A stretch of 48,941 nucleotides of DNA from Bacteroidota bacterium (GTDB lineage Bacteria > Bacteroidota > Bacteroidia > Cytophagales > Cyclobacteriaceae). A program made the position numbers and the translations under genes. Each line of letters starts with the position of its first letter. The stretch's first letter is position 1. Below the pieces are notes generated by a model that ran no database searches, was not told the DNA's origin, and saw only the letters and a program-made list of their open reading frames with translations. The stretch lies in NCBI GenBank assembly GCA_039028075.1, contig JBCCIX010000001.1, positions 1 to 48,941 of the forward strand, given 5' to 3'. Positions 46,898 to 48,941 of this stretch are shown piece by piece.

Positions 46898-47953
46898 GTG
46901 ATGGATAAAATAAAAGTGCTTGTAGTAGATGATTCGGCAGTGGTAAGGCAGTCCTTAAGTCGCATATTAGACTCAGATAAACATCTGGACGTAGTAGGCG
47001 TAGCTTCCGATCCGTACGTGGCGGTCATGAAAATTGGGAAGCAGGTACCCGATGTCATAACGCTGGACATAGAAATGCCCCGAATGGACGGAATCACATT
47101 TCTTCAGCGTATTATGAGTCAACAACCTATTCCGGTGGTGATTATATCGAGTCTTACGGCTAAAGGCTCTGAGCTGGCCATCCGGTCGCTTGAGTTGGGC
47201 GCGGTGGACATCATCCAAAAAAATACATTGAGCGTTGATACCTTTTCTGAAAACGCTCAGCAGATCATTGACGTAGTAAAGGCCGCAGGTAAATCGGTCA
47301 TCAGAAGAAAAGCCCGGATTCAAGCGTCACTGCAGAGTACTTCCGAGCAGAAAAAGTCTAACCTTACGGTGACCAGTGATAAGATCATCGGGATTGGAGC
47401 ATCTACGGGAGGCACTGAAGCCATAAAAACAGTACTCGAGCAAATGCCAGTCGACTGTCCCGGAATCGTGATAGTGCAGCATATGCCTGAGGTCTTCACG
47501 CGTTCGTTTGCAGAACGCCTTGACAGCCTTTGCAAGATTGAGGTAAAAGAAGCTAAAGATGGGGACTCGATACTCCGAGGACGGGCGCTTATTGCCCCTG
47601 GTAACTATCATATGAGTGTGAAAAGGAGTGGCTCAAAATATTATGTAAAGATCCAGGATGGTGAACCGGTAAACCGGCACCGACCTTCTGTAGATGTACT
47701 CTTCCAATCTATGGCTCAACATGCCGGGCAAAATGCAGTTGGCATGATCATGACCGGAATGGGCAGAGATGGAGCCAGGGGTCTTTTGGCTATGCGCGAT
47801 GCCGGTGCATTTACATTAGCTCAAGATGAAAAATCAAGCGTGGTCTACGGCATGCCGAAAGAGGCTGTAAAGTTGGGTGCGGTAGATAAAATCGCTTCTT
47901 TGAAAATGCTTACCGAACATACTCTCAAATCAATCAATTATAGAATGGCTTAA
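46898..47953 (+). CDS. cheB: Chemotaxis methylesterase CheB (REC plus methylesterase)
   Basis: VVDDS, TLDIEMP, GASTGG, VQHMP, HRPSVDVLF, MTGMGRDG, VVYGMP. Confidence 0.97.
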   Translation: MMDKIKVLVVDDSAVVRQSLSRILDSDKHLDVVGVASDPYVAVMKIGKQVPDVITLDIEMPRMDGITFLQRIMSQQPIPVVIISSLTAKGSELAIRSLELGAVDIIQKNTLSVDTFSENAQQIIDVVKAAGKSVIRRKARIQASLQSTSEQKKSNLTVTSDKIIGIGASTGGTEAIKTVLEQMPVDCPGIVIVQHMPEVFTRSFAERLDSLCKIEVKEAKDGDSILRGRALIAPGNYHMSVKRSGSKYYVKIQDGEPVNRHRPSVDVLFQSMAQHAGQNAVGMIMTGMGRDGARGLLAMRDAGAFTLAQDEKSSVVYGMPKEAVKLGAVDKIASLKMLTEHTLKSINYRMA

Positions 47954-48468
47954 TGAGATGAATATGGTAAGGTTTTTGGTTCTTACGGAATCACACTTTT
48001 GTTATTTGTGGCACTGAACCTAACCATACGGTCTGCTCCGGCCAATCTGAAGCCGTCAATCGAAATGATGCTTGGTACATATATTTTGGTAATCACGCTT
48101 TGCGCTATAGGCGACTGCTTTATACCGAAGATCGGGATCAATCAAAAATCGGCAACATTCTCTAGCACGAATGGGATCGACTAGCAGTAAAAACACACCT
48201 TACTGCTTACCCTATCTACAACCTGGATTTTTGAAAACAAGACAAAGAAAGTTTCCCACTCGTCGCTGTAAACTTACCTACAGCATCTCGGATATTTAAC
48301 AGGCAAATGCCATTACATTGACACAAAATACTCCTCGTTATTTAAAGATGAATAATTAAAAAGTTTGAAATGGACCTTCACAATTTGAACACACTTGTTT
48401 TACCAGTGACGTAATTTTAACAGAGCTTCTCTTTTTTTAAAAACACTGTAAATCCGAAAGAATATACG

Positions 48469-48483
48469 TGCAATATAGTTGCA
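48469..48483. promoter_or_regulatory. Palindromic putative Fur/Zur-family operator
   Basis: TGCAA-TATAG-TTGCA, 18 nt upstream of the start of the Fur-family gene. Confidence 0.6.
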
Positions 48484-48501
48484 TTTATGTACCTTTAAAT
48501 A

Positions 48502-48921
48502 ATGGAAAATATTGCGCATCTAAGGGATATTCTAGTGTCCCACAGTCTCAGAATTACAGATTGTCGTAAAAATGTACTGCAGTTTTTCTTGAATCGCGAA
48601 TCGGCTTTGTCGCAGAGCGATCTTGAGATCGAATTTACGCAATATGACAGGGTGACATTATACAGAACACTAAATAGTTTTTTGACCTCAGGTATTATCC
48701 ACAAAATACCTAACTCTCGGGGAGTGGCTACTTATGGGCTTTGTAGAGACACGTGCTCTCCCGATCATCACGAGGATAACCATATCCACTTTAAATGTAA
48801 TCACTGTGGTGAGATTCAGTGTTTGGATGACCAATTGATCCCTGAAGTAACTATGCCTAAAGGTTACCTCATGGAAACGGTCAACATGATTGTAGATGGT
48901 GTGTGTGCCAAGTGTACCTGA
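48502..48921 (+). CDS. Fur family transcriptional regulator (possibly Zur-like)
   Basis: LRITDCR, DRVTLYRTL, HIHFKCNHCG, GVCAKC. Confidence 0.92.
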   Translation: MENIAHLRDILVSHSLRITDCRKNVLQFFLNRESALSQSDLEIEFTQYDRVTLYRTLNSFLTSGIIHKIPNSRGVATYGLCRDTCSPDHHEDNHIHFKCNHCGEIQCLDDQLIPEVTMPKGYLMETVNMIVDGVCAKCT

Positions 48922-48941
48922 AAGAATGAAATTCACTAGAA

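Noticed and set aside
2530-48936. Numerous short ORFs antisense to or nested in well-supported genes (for example 4550-4948, 9962-10351, 24221-24493, 33846-34268, 39546-39971, 46973-47323, 48688-48936)
   Set aside because: Shadow ORFs of genes with clear family motifs; no independent evidence

Overview
Chromosomal window from a Bacteroidota bacterium, probably Cytophagales. This is inferred from the gene families, TAnnTTTG promoter elements and the absence of obvious Shine-Dalgarno motifs. It has about 50 CDS, mostly housekeeping or uncharacterised (msrA, pfkA, deoC, acylphosphatase, beta-CASP RNase, ABC exporter, S9 peptidase, radical SAM, a 1392-aa TPR protein). No rRNA, tRNA or CRISPR array was seen. 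Four systems stand out. (1) A complete 11-gene chemosensory operon (37855-47953: GAF-PAS, CheZ-like orphan, STAS, cheY, cheA, cheW, mcp, cheR, a His-less kinase, cheD, cheB) in a phylum that generally lacks flagella. Its three accessory proteins all end in a short acidic tail closing in LF. (2) Two REP-associated tyrosine transposase (RAYT) loci, each with its own palindrome family. One is intact and appears to sit as a 600-bp cassette inside a lipoprotein gene. The other is an unannotated pseudogene with three in-frame stops. A third, orphan palindrome type is also present. (3) A receiver-glutaredoxin-like-thioredoxin-reductase-like fusion lacking the redox CxxC motifs, paired with a cNMP-domain histidine kinase. 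(4) A GbsR-family regulon with three operator copies, two of them inside 47-bp direct repeats flanking a methyltransferase gene. All calls come from manual reading of sequence motifs; no database searches were run.
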